Of a DNA stretch of 24,385 nt, positions 1 through 9,453 are shown in pieces. Where the stretch lies: positions 1 through 24,385 of IMG/VR virus record IMGVR_UViG_3300027769_000126; one strand, given 5' to 3'. The stretch is from a virus (taxonomy: Duplodnaviria; Caudoviricetes). The notes under the pieces were generated by a model. It was not told the DNA's origin. It saw only the letters and a program-made list of their open reading frames with translations, and ran no database searches. A program made the translations under genes and the position numbers. How positions within the stretch are numbered: position 1 is the stretch's first letter; every line of letters starts with the position of its first letter.

Positions 1-504
1 ATAATTCAATTCACCCATATCGTTATAAGATGGAATGATAACTCTACCTCCATATAATCCATCTTCACAATATCCAATATTATGTTTTACTATATCAGCT
101 TGAGTAATCCCCCTCTTATTAAGATAATGGATGGCTTGATTATAATATGGATTTGTACGAACTGGTTTGAAATATAATTGTTTGAATTCTTTGGGTAATT
201 GTAACTTAGCTACAAATTCTTCTTTAGAATCATATTCAGGCTCATCACCATAAACATCTTTAACCTTATTCAGGTCTCGTATATCCACATTGAGTTTGCG
301 GAGTAGGGAATATATACTTCTACCTTTAGAATCACATACCCAGCAGTGCCATCTTTGTGTATCTAAGTTGATTTGTAACTTCTTTTTGTGGTGATTACAA
401 AATGGACAATGATGTGCCTGTTCATTACCCTTTAGGGATGAACCCACACCAAGTGTAGAGTCTAATATTGTGATTATTTGTAATTTATTCCTACCAGATA
501 GCAT
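1..504 (-). CDS. DNA primase (DnaG/T4 gp61-like), N-terminal part; runs off the window edge
   Basis: Not in the ORF track. Manual translation from ATG at 504 is open to position 1: MLSGRNKLQ...HCPFCNHHKKKLQINL...WHCWVCDSKG (Zn ribbon), then HYLNKRGI...IGYC...GRVIIPSYNDMGELNY, typical of a primase catalytic core start. Confidence 0.88.
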   Translation of the reverse strand, partial: MLSGRNKLQIITILDSTLGVGSSLKGNEQAHHCPFCNHHKKKLQINLDTQRWHCWVCDSKGRSIYSLLRKLNVDIRDLNKVKDVYGDEPEYDSKEEFVAKLQLPKEFKQLYFKPVRTNPYYNQAIHYLNKRGITQADIVKHNIGYCEDGLYGGRVIIPSYNDMGELNY

Positions 505-523
505 AATTTGGATATTATTACCA

Positions 524-555
524 CAAATATACGAAAATTATCTGATATAACCTAA
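524..555 (-). promoter_or_regulatory. Bacteroidota housekeeping-sigma-type promoter upstream of primase
   Basis: Minus strand reads TTAG-N20-TATATTTG. This is an exact TAnnTTTG (-7) box and a one-mismatch TTTG (-33) box at canonical spacing, about 20 nt before the ATG. Confidence 0.65.
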
Positions 556-756
556 TTAATGGTTAGAATTCTTTACATCATAAAGAAAATCTGCTAAAAA
601 CTGCATTTTTGCAATAATTGGTGCTTTTGGTTGGTTTGCTTCCAACATTCCTTTAAGGTCTACAATGGATGCTGCTGCTATTTGAAGTGCATCATCTTTT
701 GCGTTTAAGTAAGCTTCGGAGATTCCGTACTTGTGTGCGATTTCAGGTATTGTCAT
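556..756 (-). CDS. hypothetical protein (66 aa)
   Basis: Co-oriented and tightly packed after the nuclease; no recognised motif. Confidence 0.7.
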   Translation of the reverse strand: MTIPEIAHKYGISEAYLNAKDDALQIAAASIVDLKGMLEANQPKAPIIAKMQFLADFLYDVKNSNH

Positions 757-760
757 AACT

Positions 761-1171
761 TTAATTTATAATATCCCTACGGAAGAACTTTCCCATAAGG
801 TTTTCGTTTATTGCTTGGTCGTTGGCAAGTACATCGTAATGAAACTGCCATTTAATTTCGTAATATGATAAGGATTTCTTTGAGAAGCAAAACTGGATAA
901 TTTCTCTTTCAAAATCACCAGCTCTACCTTCTTTTACTTCGGATTTAATCCATTCGTTTGATGAATAGTATTTCTCCCAATCGGAAGCACTTCTAACAAC
1001 TCTCTTTCTAGTCTTTCCCTTAAGGGGTTTCAATCTTCGAACTTGATTTAGGGACTTTTTCCCTATATAAAATCTACCAGTTGGTATATGTATCATTTTA
1101 TAGACAAAACCAACTGCACCTTCCGGTGTGTTTTCCTCTGTAACAATATTTCCATTAAATTTCCAACTCAC
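761..1171 (-). CDS. GIY-YIG family endonuclease (136 aa, catalytic domain only)
   Basis: GFVYKMIHIPTGRFYIGKK, SDWEKYYSS, FEREII, YYEIKWQ and terminal NENL match small phage GIY-YIG proteins. Confidence 0.8.
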   Translation of the reverse strand: MSWKFNGNIVTEENTPEGAVGFVYKMIHIPTGRFYIGKKSLNQVRRLKPLKGKTRKRVVRSASDWEKYYSSNEWIKSEVKEGRAGDFEREIIQFCFSKKSLSYYEIKWQFHYDVLANDQAINENLMGKFFRRDIIN

Positions 1172-1393
1172 TTACTTATTTTTGATAGATGTTGAGTATA
1201 TATTTTTAGTATCATATCCACCAGTACCCTGTCCTAATGCACCCTTTCTTGGTTTACTAAGGTCTTTTGCTGATAAATCTTTCGATGGGTCAAATGGTTG
1301 TTCTACTCCAATTGGAGTTTTATCAACACCCTTAGTGTTAGCATTTCCTGTTGTAGGAACTTTCTTTGAATATAAGTCTAATAAACTAGCCAT
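1172..1393 (-). CDS. small hypothetical protein (73 aa)
   Basis: Co-oriented, preceded by an ATATTTATT box, and abuts the next gene. Confidence 0.7.
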   Translation of the reverse strand: MASLLDLYSKKVPTTGNANTKGVDKTPIGVEQPFDPSKDLSAKDLSKPRKGALGQGTGGYDTKNIYSTSIKNK

Positions 1394-1416
1394 TGTATTT
1401 TGTATGTTTAATTAAT

Positions 1417-1425
1417 AATAAATAT
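1417..1425 (-). promoter_or_regulatory. ATATTTATW box (putative phage late promoter)
   Basis: ATATTTATT about 24 nt upstream of ATG 1393; the same motif occurs in seven intergenic gaps. Confidence 0.55.
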
Positions 1426-1439
1426 AACGATAAAACGTT

Positions 1440-2375
1440 TTAACTATCAAAACGAATTATAAAGTTTAATGGGTAATCCGGTAATGATTTAATTGCTTGT
1501 GGTAATTTAGCTACTGCAATCATATTCAAGTCATCATCATATAACGCAATTGTGGTTATAAATGGTGCTAAATACGAACCAGTAGGGTCCACAGACCCAC
1601 TTTCAAAATAATCATCAAAACTACCAAATTTAGTTGGGTCTAACGAAGAAGTAAATGGATATTTACTATTTCGTATGTATCTTATTCCAGGTTTTACTAT
1701 TTTTTTAGTGTATGTACTAGTTAATGATTTATCAAATGGATTTGTTATTTCCCATTCATATTTAGTAGAACCATCATCAAAATAAGAACTAGGATTTGTT
1801 GATGTATTGAATTCATTCTCTAATACAGAAATGAATATTTCATTTTCATATATAGTTTTAGTTGAACGAAAATCCACAGTAAAATTTGAAAGAGTAGAAC
1901 CACTATTTACATTTCTAGTCAATACAATCAATCCTCTATCGTAAAAAACATTTCCATGTATATTACTACCCGAATCTATAAGATTTGAATATCCATCATC
2001 TTCGTATAAAGAACCATTATCGTTTACAATTACAGAGCCAGGCTTTATACCTTCGCCAAACTGAATTTGAGGAACTGCTATTAATGCTATTTCATCTTCC
2101 AATACTCTTTCATCCGTAGATGCATAAGATATACGTCTACCAACTTCAGTTAATACTGATGCTGTTGCTGAATTGTTGTAAAATTGTGCTTTAATTGATT
2201 GGAATACTACTCTTTTATATTGCCCTGCACTCATCTCATCCGTTTGTGCATCAAATGCGGAATTTGTTATTTCCTTCCCAAATATAGGTAATATATCTTC
2301 CTCATCCAAAGTCCACTCTTTGTAAACTTTGAAAGGTCTAACATTTATGTCAGATTTTGGAATTTCTTTTAACAT
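1440..2375 (-). CDS. putative baseplate/tail-fibre attachment structural protein; paralog of 2457..3674
   Basis: C-terminal FITTIALYDDDLNMIAVAKLPQAIK resembles the P2 gpH tail-collar (DUF3751-like) motif. It shares FYDRGLIVL and EFNxSxNP with its neighbour. Confidence 0.6.
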   Translation of the reverse strand: MLKEIPKSDINVRPFKVYKEWTLDEEDILPIFGKEITNSAFDAQTDEMSAGQYKRVVFQSIKAQFYNNSATASVLTEVGRRISYASTDERVLEDEIALIAVPQIQFGEGIKPGSVIVNDNGSLYEDDGYSNLIDSGSNIHGNVFYDRGLIVLTRNVNSGSTLSNFTVDFRSTKTIYENEIFISVLENEFNTSTNPSSYFDDGSTKYEWEITNPFDKSLTSTYTKKIVKPGIRYIRNSKYPFTSSLDPTKFGSFDDYFESGSVDPTGSYLAPFITTIALYDDDLNMIAVAKLPQAIKSLPDYPLNFIIRFDS

Positions 2376-2391
2376 CTATTTTATGGTTTAG

Positions 2392-2400
2392 TATAAATAT
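2392..2400 (-). promoter_or_regulatory. ATATTTATW box (putative phage late promoter)
   Basis: ATATTTATA about 17 nt upstream of ATG 2375, just downstream of a terminator. Confidence 0.6.
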
Positions 2401-2408
2401 CTTATAAT

Positions 2409-2436
2409 AAAAAAACCCCCAATCGGGGGTTCTTTT
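2409..2436 (-). terminator. rho-independent terminator
   Basis: Stem AACCCCC / loop AATC / GGGGGTT (2414-2431). On the minus strand it runs into a T7 tract and lies about 20 nt after the stop at 2457. Confidence 0.85.
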
Positions 2437-2456
2437 CATATTATCTTAATTTTTAA

Positions 2457-3674
2457 TTAGAATGATAATTTAACTTTAATTAAAACCTCTTTATCGAATG
2501 ATTTAACAATTGGTTGAGATGTTTTAGCTACTGCAATCAATTCGTTTGAATCATTTAACAAACCTACAGTTGTAATAAACGTTTGTGGGTCTGATTCGAA
2601 TGTTGGTTCGGTAAATGTTCCATCAGTATTTACATACGTTGGATTATTTGAATAGTTAAATTCTCTATTTGTTGCTCTTACGAAGAAATGTTGTGTTGAT
2701 ACGTTTTCAGTTCTTCTAGCTTCAAAATCATTCGAACCACTTATTGCATACATTAATCTTTTGTGATTGTATTGTTCGGATGCGGTTGATAATGAACCAC
2801 TAAGATTACCTATAACAGTACCTTGTGAATCACTAACAGTTCCAACTAATGCTCCAATTGCTTTAGGATTTAATACAATAATTCCTCTATCAGGATAGAA
2901 TAATCCATATCCAAGTCCAGTAGTTGCTTCAGTTGTATTTTTTATAGTTGCATCGTTTTGAGTACCTAAATTAAGTGAACCACTTACTACGCTAAATACT
3001 CTACCAGCTTTACCATAACTATCTCCAAACTTCTTACCACTATCATCAATTAAATTGAAAGTACCAAGACTTCCCTTTAATCTTAACTGCCAGTTACCAG
3101 CATCCATTTGTTCTCTATAACGGCTTCTAGCTACATTAATAACATAGATATCGTTTGAGTCGGTATCAGTACCAGCACTATTAGGGAATGAAAACAATGG
3201 GTCGGTTGGGTCTAACAACATAGATTTATATTGAGCGTAAGTTCCTTTTGTTGCCAATAAAGAACTATCATCAACATCTAAAGTTACAGAACCACTACCA
3301 TATACATGTCCGTATGCTACCGCAAATTGAACTTCTGCTGAAGAATCATTTTGTGGATTTTTTTGATATACATTCAAATAGTATTGTGAACTATTTTGTG
3401 CTGCTTGAGTTGATGATGTGTAGAATGCTGTTAAAGAACCAGAATCACCAGTCCATAATCCAGTAGTTACCACTTCAACTTTTGCGTTTACTTTATCAAA
3501 ATCACCAAATCTTTTATATACACCAGTAGTAACTCCACCTGTATTGGTAGATATTTGTTGTCCTGCTGGTAATACAGTGTTTAATAGAGATACGATTTGG
3601 TTTGTATCAATTTGACCTGCGTTAGCCAATGATGCTATCTGCGAGGTTATATTTGGGTCGTTTATTAGTGCCAT
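2457..3674 (-). CDS. putative baseplate/tail-fibre attachment structural protein
   Basis: C-terminal FITTVGLLNDSNELIAVAKTSQPIVK; rich in G/S/T/N; lies in the baseplate cluster. Confidence 0.6.
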   Translation of the reverse strand: MALINDPNITSQIASLANAGQIDTNQIVSLLNTVLPAGQQISTNTGGVTTGVYKRFGDFDKVNAKVEVVTTGLWTGDSGSLTAFYTSSTQAAQNSSQYYLNVYQKNPQNDSSAEVQFAVAYGHVYGSGSVTLDVDDSSLLATKGTYAQYKSMLLDPTDPLFSFPNSAGTDTDSNDIYVINVARSRYREQMDAGNWQLRLKGSLGTFNLIDDSGKKFGDSYGKAGRVFSVVSGSLNLGTQNDATIKNTTEATTGLGYGLFYPDRGIIVLNPKAIGALVGTVSDSQGTVIGNLSGSLSTASEQYNHKRLMYAISGSNDFEARRTENVSTQHFFVRATNREFNYSNNPTYVNTDGTFTEPTFESDPQTFITTVGLLNDSNELIAVAKTSQPIVKSFDKEVLIKVKLSF

Positions 3675-3687
3675 TTCTTATCTCTTT

Positions 3688-4311
3688 TTATGCTTTATAA
3701 GTTACGGTTACAGGAATAGTTTGAGAACCTCCAGTTTCGTTACCATATACAGTGATTGTTGTTTTAACATCTCCTGTTAAGTTTGGATTTGGAGTGAATC
3801 TAAATTCTAATCCGTTTACAACTTGCGCAGTTGTAGTTATTTCTTCTCCTAAGAATACAGGTACCGAACCTGCTGCTGTTGCTCCTCTAGTAACAGTCAA
3901 TGTACCAGCTCTTTGGTCTGCCAATACAACAGTGTATCCAGCGTTTTGGTTTCCAGCAGGGGAAGTAGTAGGAGTCATACCTACACCACCTTCATTTTGG
4001 TAAACACCAATTGCATTAATACCTAAAGATACTAAAGGAATTTGAGTTGTTCCTTTTGGAAGTGTAACTAATTTATATCTCAATACTTGAGTTTCATCAG
4101 GACTAGCTTCCGTAATAGGAATAGCTCTGATTGCTGAATCGTAATAAGCCGAACCTTTTGGGTGTGCTGGTTCATACAATGTATAATCAATCTCATCATC
4201 CCCAAGCGCAAATTTGGTTATGTTAAGTGATTGACCGGATGCTAGTTTTTGTCTACCTTTTTTGGTAAGAACTGCATCAACTGTTATTTCGGTATTATCT
4301 AAATATGCCAT
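3688..4311 (-). CDS. putative structural protein with tail-collar-like N-terminus
   Basis: AVLTKKGRQKLASGQSLNITKFALGDD resembles the start of P2 gpH-type fibre anchors; the C-terminus is beta-rich and Ig-like. Confidence 0.6.
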   Translation of the reverse strand: MAYLDNTEITVDAVLTKKGRQKLASGQSLNITKFALGDDEIDYTLYEPAHPKGSAYYDSAIRAIPITEASPDETQVLRYKLVTLPKGTTQIPLVSLGINAIGVYQNEGGVGMTPTTSPAGNQNAGYTVVLADQRAGTLTVTRGATAAGSVPVFLGEEITTTAQVVNGLEFRFTPNPNLTGDVKTTITVYGNETGGSQTIPVTVTYKA

Positions 4312-4338
4312 TTGATTTTGTTTTAATCTATTATCTAA

Positions 4339-4347
4339 AATAAATAT
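4339..4347 (-). promoter_or_regulatory. ATATTTATW box (putative phage late promoter)
   Basis: ATATTTATT about 28 nt upstream of ATG 4311. Confidence 0.55.
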
Positions 4348-4368
4348 AACTATTTAATATTTTCAATC

Positions 4369-7300
4369 TTAATCCACTTCAAGTATTGGTTCACCACTAC
4401 CTCTACCAGTCTTAGCCACTCTAAGGATGTTAGGATTAGTTGTAAATGTTTCTACTGGGTCTAATCCATCTGGAGTAGTTGCTGCGGTTTGCTGAGAACC
4501 TTTCCAAAATGAACGAATCATTCCTTCACCTAAATTATTAGTAAATCGATAGTGAGATGGGAAGTACCCATTAAGAGCTACAACTTCAGTAACATCACCA
4601 CCGGCTGAAACAGTTTGAGTAAGCGGAACAATAGATACTTTGTAATTATATTTTACAACTTCGATATCCGTATATTTAACCTGCTGACCTGGTAAAGCTC
4701 CATTTACTGGATAACCTTCTATTTGAGTTGGTACTTTTATAACTGATTGGTTTTTTGTCAAGAATACATTTTGAATACTTGATGTAGTATTTCCAAATAC
4801 ATCATCAAATACAGTAACTTTAGTTCTACCACCATTTCCATAAAGTCCAAAACCTAAATTAGCTAATGAATTTTTATCCATACCAATTTGTTCTGATTTG
4901 AATGATTCAGCCTCACCACTTAAAGTTTCACCAGTTGGTACATCGATTGCTACATCATACATAGGTGCGGTTGCTTCTGCAATATCTTCCGGCAACAATT
5001 CTATTAAAGTATCATAGAATGGAGTTTCAGTTTCTATTCTAGTTTCTTCTAAATTAATAATAGTTTCGTAATTATTTAATTCATACGATAATGTTGCTCT
5101 ATCTTCTAAATTCAAATAAGCTTCCTTAACTTCATATGTAGATTCTATACTATTGTTATCATCGATAGTTATAAAAGTTTCATAATCATTTCTTTCAGAT
5201 ACAGGCTTATCCCATCTAGTTTTATTTCTTTCTAAAAAGTGAGGTTCTATTAATAATCCTTTGGATACCTTTGCTCTAGCAGGAGCCATATCAGTTAATA
5301 CATCAAATAATGATTTATCAATGTATCTAACCAATTGAATGTACTCATTTATGTTCCTATCCAGTCTTTCAAAATAATAATTTCTTAACGTTTCTAATTC
5401 AGAATATTTATCTTTATATTCATCACCAGGATTTCCAATATAGTTATCAATATTAAAATCTCCAAATGTCTTTAAGATATCCATATTCAACTCCTTAATT
5501 GGAGAGAAGAACAATCCCAAACGAGATGAATCTATTGGAGCTCTATCAAATGATTTTTTAGTTGCTCTAGCTTTATATGAAAGGTCACCAACAAGCTCAA
5601 CATCTTCAAATCTTATTTTATTTCCGTAACTAAATCCTAAAGATGGTACGTTTGCGGTTACAGTTCTATCATATGGCTGATACTGATATGGATATGCTGA
5701 TGCTGAATAGAAATTTTGTGCATATGCATAAATCTCTCCATATTCAGTACTAATTGATACGTTTTTAATATTATTATCGGATGTTCTATCTTTTGGATAT
5801 TCAAAATCTAAACGGAATAATAAATCTGCAGTAGATGCTGTATATGAGTTACCATTTATAGCATCTGGGAATAGTGTATGATTATCAAATTTACTTCTTT
5901 CTAAAGGAACTTTCCACAAACGGAATTCATCTAATTCGCCAGAGTAACCATCACCACCCACAACAAGATTTGAAGTAGAACCAGTATCCCATTGATTATC
6001 ATTATATAATATTGACATACTCACCGATGTAACTATTCTAGTACCATCGGATGTACCTAACCAAACTTCATATAAAGATGTACTATCAGAATAGTTGTAT
6101 CTATTAATAGCTACATTTGAATAATATTCTGTTGAAAGTGGGAAATCTAAACTTCCTGTTTTTAATTCAGGTCCCCATGCGTATGTTATATCAACATATG
6201 GAACATATAATCCAGATGTTACAAAATAAGTTGATGTAGAATCGTTTCCTCCAAAATTTAATTCTAATTTATAAAAAGAACCAGTGGTTTGAACCAAATC
6301 TAACGTAAATTCACTACCAGATATTAAAGTTGCTACCGTATCTATACTTGAACTAGGTCTTATTCTGAATTCTACACAATTTGGAAAATCTAAAGTAGAT
6401 GGGGTTGTATGCCAAGGAATTTTTACACTTGAATTTTCATCCAAACGTATTGCAGCTGTTCTATCATCAAAAGTAAATTTAGTAACACCACCACCCGTTG
6501 GGTCTTGTGGTCCACCAAACTCCATTATTGTCAACATAGATTGAGGAATGCCATAACAAGCCATAATAGCTTTCATAGCTCTACCTGTTCCTTTATGTTT
6601 CAATAGATATGGTAGGTTATTTAATATTCTTCTCCAAACTTCATCATTTGCATCAGATAAAGACATTCCGTATTTTTGAGAACCATCTTTATTTTTACCA
6701 AATGCATATTCCCATAGGAATTGAGAATCAAATGCTCTCTTACCTTCCCATCCCATTGATTCAAGCATATGATAGACCATTTTATCCATCATACCCTTAA
6801 CAGGCTTATGTTCTAATATTTTATTTTGGTTTAATCCATTAATATAAGTCCAAATTACATCAAAATGATGGCCCATCATATCTAAGAAAGATAAGAAATC
6901 TTTACTTTCGTAATCATCTCTAAGATATTCAGGCAAATTGTTTACTAAGTAATTAGGATTTTCTCTATCATATACTTCAGCTTCAGATACAATTGCTTGA
7001 TACCAAGCTTTAACTTCAGTATCGGTTGAACTTTTAGGAACACCATTTAACTTTGGATATGATAAAGATGAACTTGAATCGTTATATAAGAAGTATTCAA
7101 ACCCGTCAAATCCTTTCTTTATTTGATTTGTATAATCTATTAATTTAGTTGCTTCGGATATTACAGAAGCTGAACCTGTCCAATTGGAATTACTTATAGT
7201 AGGTTTAGCTAATGCATCATATCTACTTTGATAACTTTCTATTAATTCTACTTTATATAAAAAGTTATTTACTCTTTCTTCAGCAGAACTAAAATTTGTA

Positions 7301-9432
7301 AAGTTTTCAAACATATAGTTTGAACCACTTACATATTGTACATTTATTTGAGTTGTATCAATTCCAACACTTTCTGCAAATTTATTTACTAAATCAGTTG
7401 ATGTTAATGAACCAGTTGCTAGTAAATCATCAAATACTTTATATCCAATCCCATTATCAGGCTCTAATGAAAAATTAGGTCCTTTTAGTGGTGGGCAATA
7501 ATCTTTTAATTCACCCACAATAGTGGATGTTTCAATTACAGGATTTGATTGTAATTTAGAAATCCATACAAGCTGATTTTCTTCTATTGATGTGGCTAAT
7601 GGTTCATATAATTTTGCAATAATAGAACCTTCACTTCCTGTCCATGTAGTAATAATTTTATTATCACCATTACCAAAGTGTAGTAAGTGTGTTAAGTATT
7701 TTGATGAATCTCCATCAACTTCAATATTATCAATTTGATATTTGAATGCTTCACTAATTCTATTAAGAGCAACATTTCTAGGAATTGTTAATTTTCCTTT
7801 ATTGAATTTAATAGTAATTATTTCATCTCTACCTACAACAATTTCTTTACCACTTACATTATATGGAACTAATTTTAATTGGAATGATATTGTAGTTTCA
7901 TTTTCAGAATAGTTACCATTAGCTAAGTTAAGCATTGTTTGAACGTTTAGTTCTTGCTTACCTGTGCTAGGTAATTGCATATATCCTTCTCCACTAAAAA
8001 GTCTTATATAATCTGTATTCTTAGATTCCCAAGATACTTCGAAGTTTACATTTGTACCCACATAATCAGGACCTCGTAATTCCGATGGATACTTTATATT
8101 GAATATATCAGGAACGCCAACATAAACATCATCAACTACACTATAAAACAATTCAATACCAGCACCATCACCTTCACTATTTGAAGGTACTAATATTATT
8201 TTATAATTTCCAATTATAGTAAATACTTTTGCTGGTATTATAATACCTGCATATTCAGTACTACCATCGAATAGTTTATCAAATGTAAATTTTTCATTAT
8301 TTACATAAGCTGTTACTTTTTCAACGGCAATACCACCTTTAATACCAATTGGTATATCTGCTTTTGTATTTATATTATAAATCCTATCATAATTAGGATT
8401 TGTCAATTCTATCGATGGTACTGCTTTTGTTGGTACAAATACTGGTTCAGTAGTAACAACAATATTATAATCCGCATCTAATGTTATCTTAGCAGATAAA
8501 CTATCTAATTCAAGACTATCCGTAGCACTATTTGCTTCTAATATTTGAGTTTTTTTATTAGTAGAACTAATTTCTATTTTTGAAATTCTATACTTTAATA
8601 AATCGTTTGATGATAATGTTAAGGTATCACCATCATCTCCAAGTATACTAACTACACCTGCCGATAAAAGCGTACTATCAGTACTATTTTTAATAATTAA
8701 TATTCTATCAGAACTATCAGCCGTTACTGTTACTTTATATTTTGGTAATGCTGGTTCATCTACTACAATAGATTTTTTTACTAATGTAAACGATAAATTT
8801 TGAATTTGGTCTACAGACTCATAATCAATATTTGTTACAGTCCCACTATTATAATATTGTACTCTAAATTTATATGGTGGAGTATTTGTATATGACCAAT
8901 TGCTATTATTATAACCACTATATGATATATCACTACCAAATCCAAATGATAATCCAGATACTCCAGTATTACCACTCATTCCACCAAATATAGATGAGGC
9001 AGGATTTATATTAAAGTTTCCATATATTGGAATATAATCCGGATTATTTATTACATTAATTATATATTGCTCATCCGTTGTATATCCTTCTTTCTCAACA
9101 GTAATTGTTCTCTTACCACCTTTGAGTATAATATCACTAAGTAAATTTGTTATTCTTTCGGGAGTTACTTTATATGTAAGTTCCCCATCCATTAAAATAC
9201 TAGCACCAGGTATATTAGATGATATATTTAATAAATTTTGAAAATCGGAATTAACAGTACCAACAGGCGCAGATTTATCTATCGGTGGATTATATGCACT
9301 ACCGCCGCCACCTCCACCACCACCGTATGTTAGTATAACACCAGTATTACCGCCGCCCATTTCAAAGCCACTGTCTCCGTAAAAGGATTGCTGCGTACCT
9401 GCTATTACATCCATATCTGATAATCCTACCAT
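4369..9432 (-). CDS. large multidomain baseplate wedge-like protein (T4 gp7/P2 gpI-like core, PEGA-like and LamG-like domains)
   Basis: 1687 aa. ISSNIPGASILMDG...TP...ITVEKEGY is PEGA-like; LPEYLRDD...FLSFLDMMG...NLPYLLKHKGTGRAMK is gpI/gp7-like; LVVGG...YSGELDEFRLW is LamG-like. It lies downstream of gp25 and gp6. Confidence 0.65.
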   Translation of the reverse strand: MVGLSDMDVIAGTQQSFYGDSGFEMGGGNTGVILTYGGGGGGGGSAYNPPIDKSAPVGTVNSDFQNLLNISSNIPGASILMDGELTYKVTPERITNLLSDIILKGGKRTITVEKEGYTTDEQYIINVINNPDYIPIYGNFNINPASSIFGGMSGNTGVSGLSFGFGSDISYSGYNNSNWSYTNTPPYKFRVQYYNSGTVTNIDYESVDQIQNLSFTLVKKSIVVDEPALPKYKVTVTADSSDRILIIKNSTDSTLLSAGVVSILGDDGDTLTLSSNDLLKYRISKIEISSTNKKTQILEANSATDSLELDSLSAKITLDADYNIVVTTEPVFVPTKAVPSIELTNPNYDRIYNINTKADIPIGIKGGIAVEKVTAYVNNEKFTFDKLFDGSTEYAGIIIPAKVFTIIGNYKIILVPSNSEGDGAGIELFYSVVDDVYVGVPDIFNIKYPSELRGPDYVGTNVNFEVSWESKNTDYIRLFSGEGYMQLPSTGKQELNVQTMLNLANGNYSENETTISFQLKLVPYNVSGKEIVVGRDEIITIKFNKGKLTIPRNVALNRISEAFKYQIDNIEVDGDSSKYLTHLLHFGNGDNKIITTWTGSEGSIIAKLYEPLATSIEENQLVWISKLQSNPVIETSTIVGELKDYCPPLKGPNFSLEPDNGIGYKVFDDLLATGSLTSTDLVNKFAESVGIDTTQINVQYVSGSNYMFENFTNFSSAEERVNNFLYKVELIESYQSRYDALAKPTISNSNWTGSASVISEATKLIDYTNQIKKGFDGFEYFLYNDSSSSLSYPKLNGVPKSSTDTEVKAWYQAIVSEAEVYDRENPNYLVNNLPEYLRDDYESKDFLSFLDMMGHHFDVIWTYINGLNQNKILEHKPVKGMMDKMVYHMLESMGWEGKRAFDSQFLWEYAFGKNKDGSQKYGMSLSDANDEVWRRILNNLPYLLKHKGTGRAMKAIMACYGIPQSMLTIMEFGGPQDPTGGGVTKFTFDDRTAAIRLDENSSVKIPWHTTPSTLDFPNCVEFRIRPSSSIDTVATLISGSEFTLDLVQTTGSFYKLELNFGGNDSTSTYFVTSGLYVPYVDITYAWGPELKTGSLDFPLSTEYYSNVAINRYNYSDSTSLYEVWLGTSDGTRIVTSVSMSILYNDNQWDTGSTSNLVVGGDGYSGELDEFRLWKVPLERSKFDNHTLFPDAINGNSYTASTADLLFRLDFEYPKDRTSDNNIKNVSISTEYGEIYAYAQNFYSASAYPYQYQPYDRTVTANVPSLGFSYGNKIRFEDVELVGDLSYKARATKKSFDRAPIDSSRLGLFFSPIKELNMDILKTFGDFNIDNYIGNPGDEYKDKYSELETLRNYYFERLDRNINEYIQLVRYIDKSLFDVLTDMAPARAKVSKGLLIEPHFLERNKTRWDKPVSERNDYETFITIDDNNSIESTYEVKEAYLNLEDRATLSYELNNYETIINLEETRIETETPFYDTLIELLPEDIAEATAPMYDVAIDVPTGETLSGEAESFKSEQIGMDKNSLANLGFGLYGNGGRTKVTVFDDVFGNTTSSIQNVFLTKNQSVIKVPTQIEGYPVNGALPGQQVKYTDIEVVKYNYKVSIVPLTQTVSAGGDVTEVVALNGYFPSHYRFTNNLGEGMIRSFWKGSQQTAATTPDGLDPVETFTTNPNILRVAKTGRGSGEPILEVD

Positions 9433-9443
9433 TTTTATTATTT

Positions 9444-9452
9444 AATAAATAT
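9444..9452 (-). promoter_or_regulatory. ATATTTATW box (putative phage late promoter)
   Basis: ATATTTATT in the 21-nt gap, about 12 nt upstream of ATG 9432. Confidence 0.45.
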
Positions 9453-9453
9453 T

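Noticed and set aside
761-1171. Group I intron-encoded endonuclease
   Set aside because: The flanking gaps are 0 and 4 nt, leaving no room for intron core structure, and no split host gene is evident.
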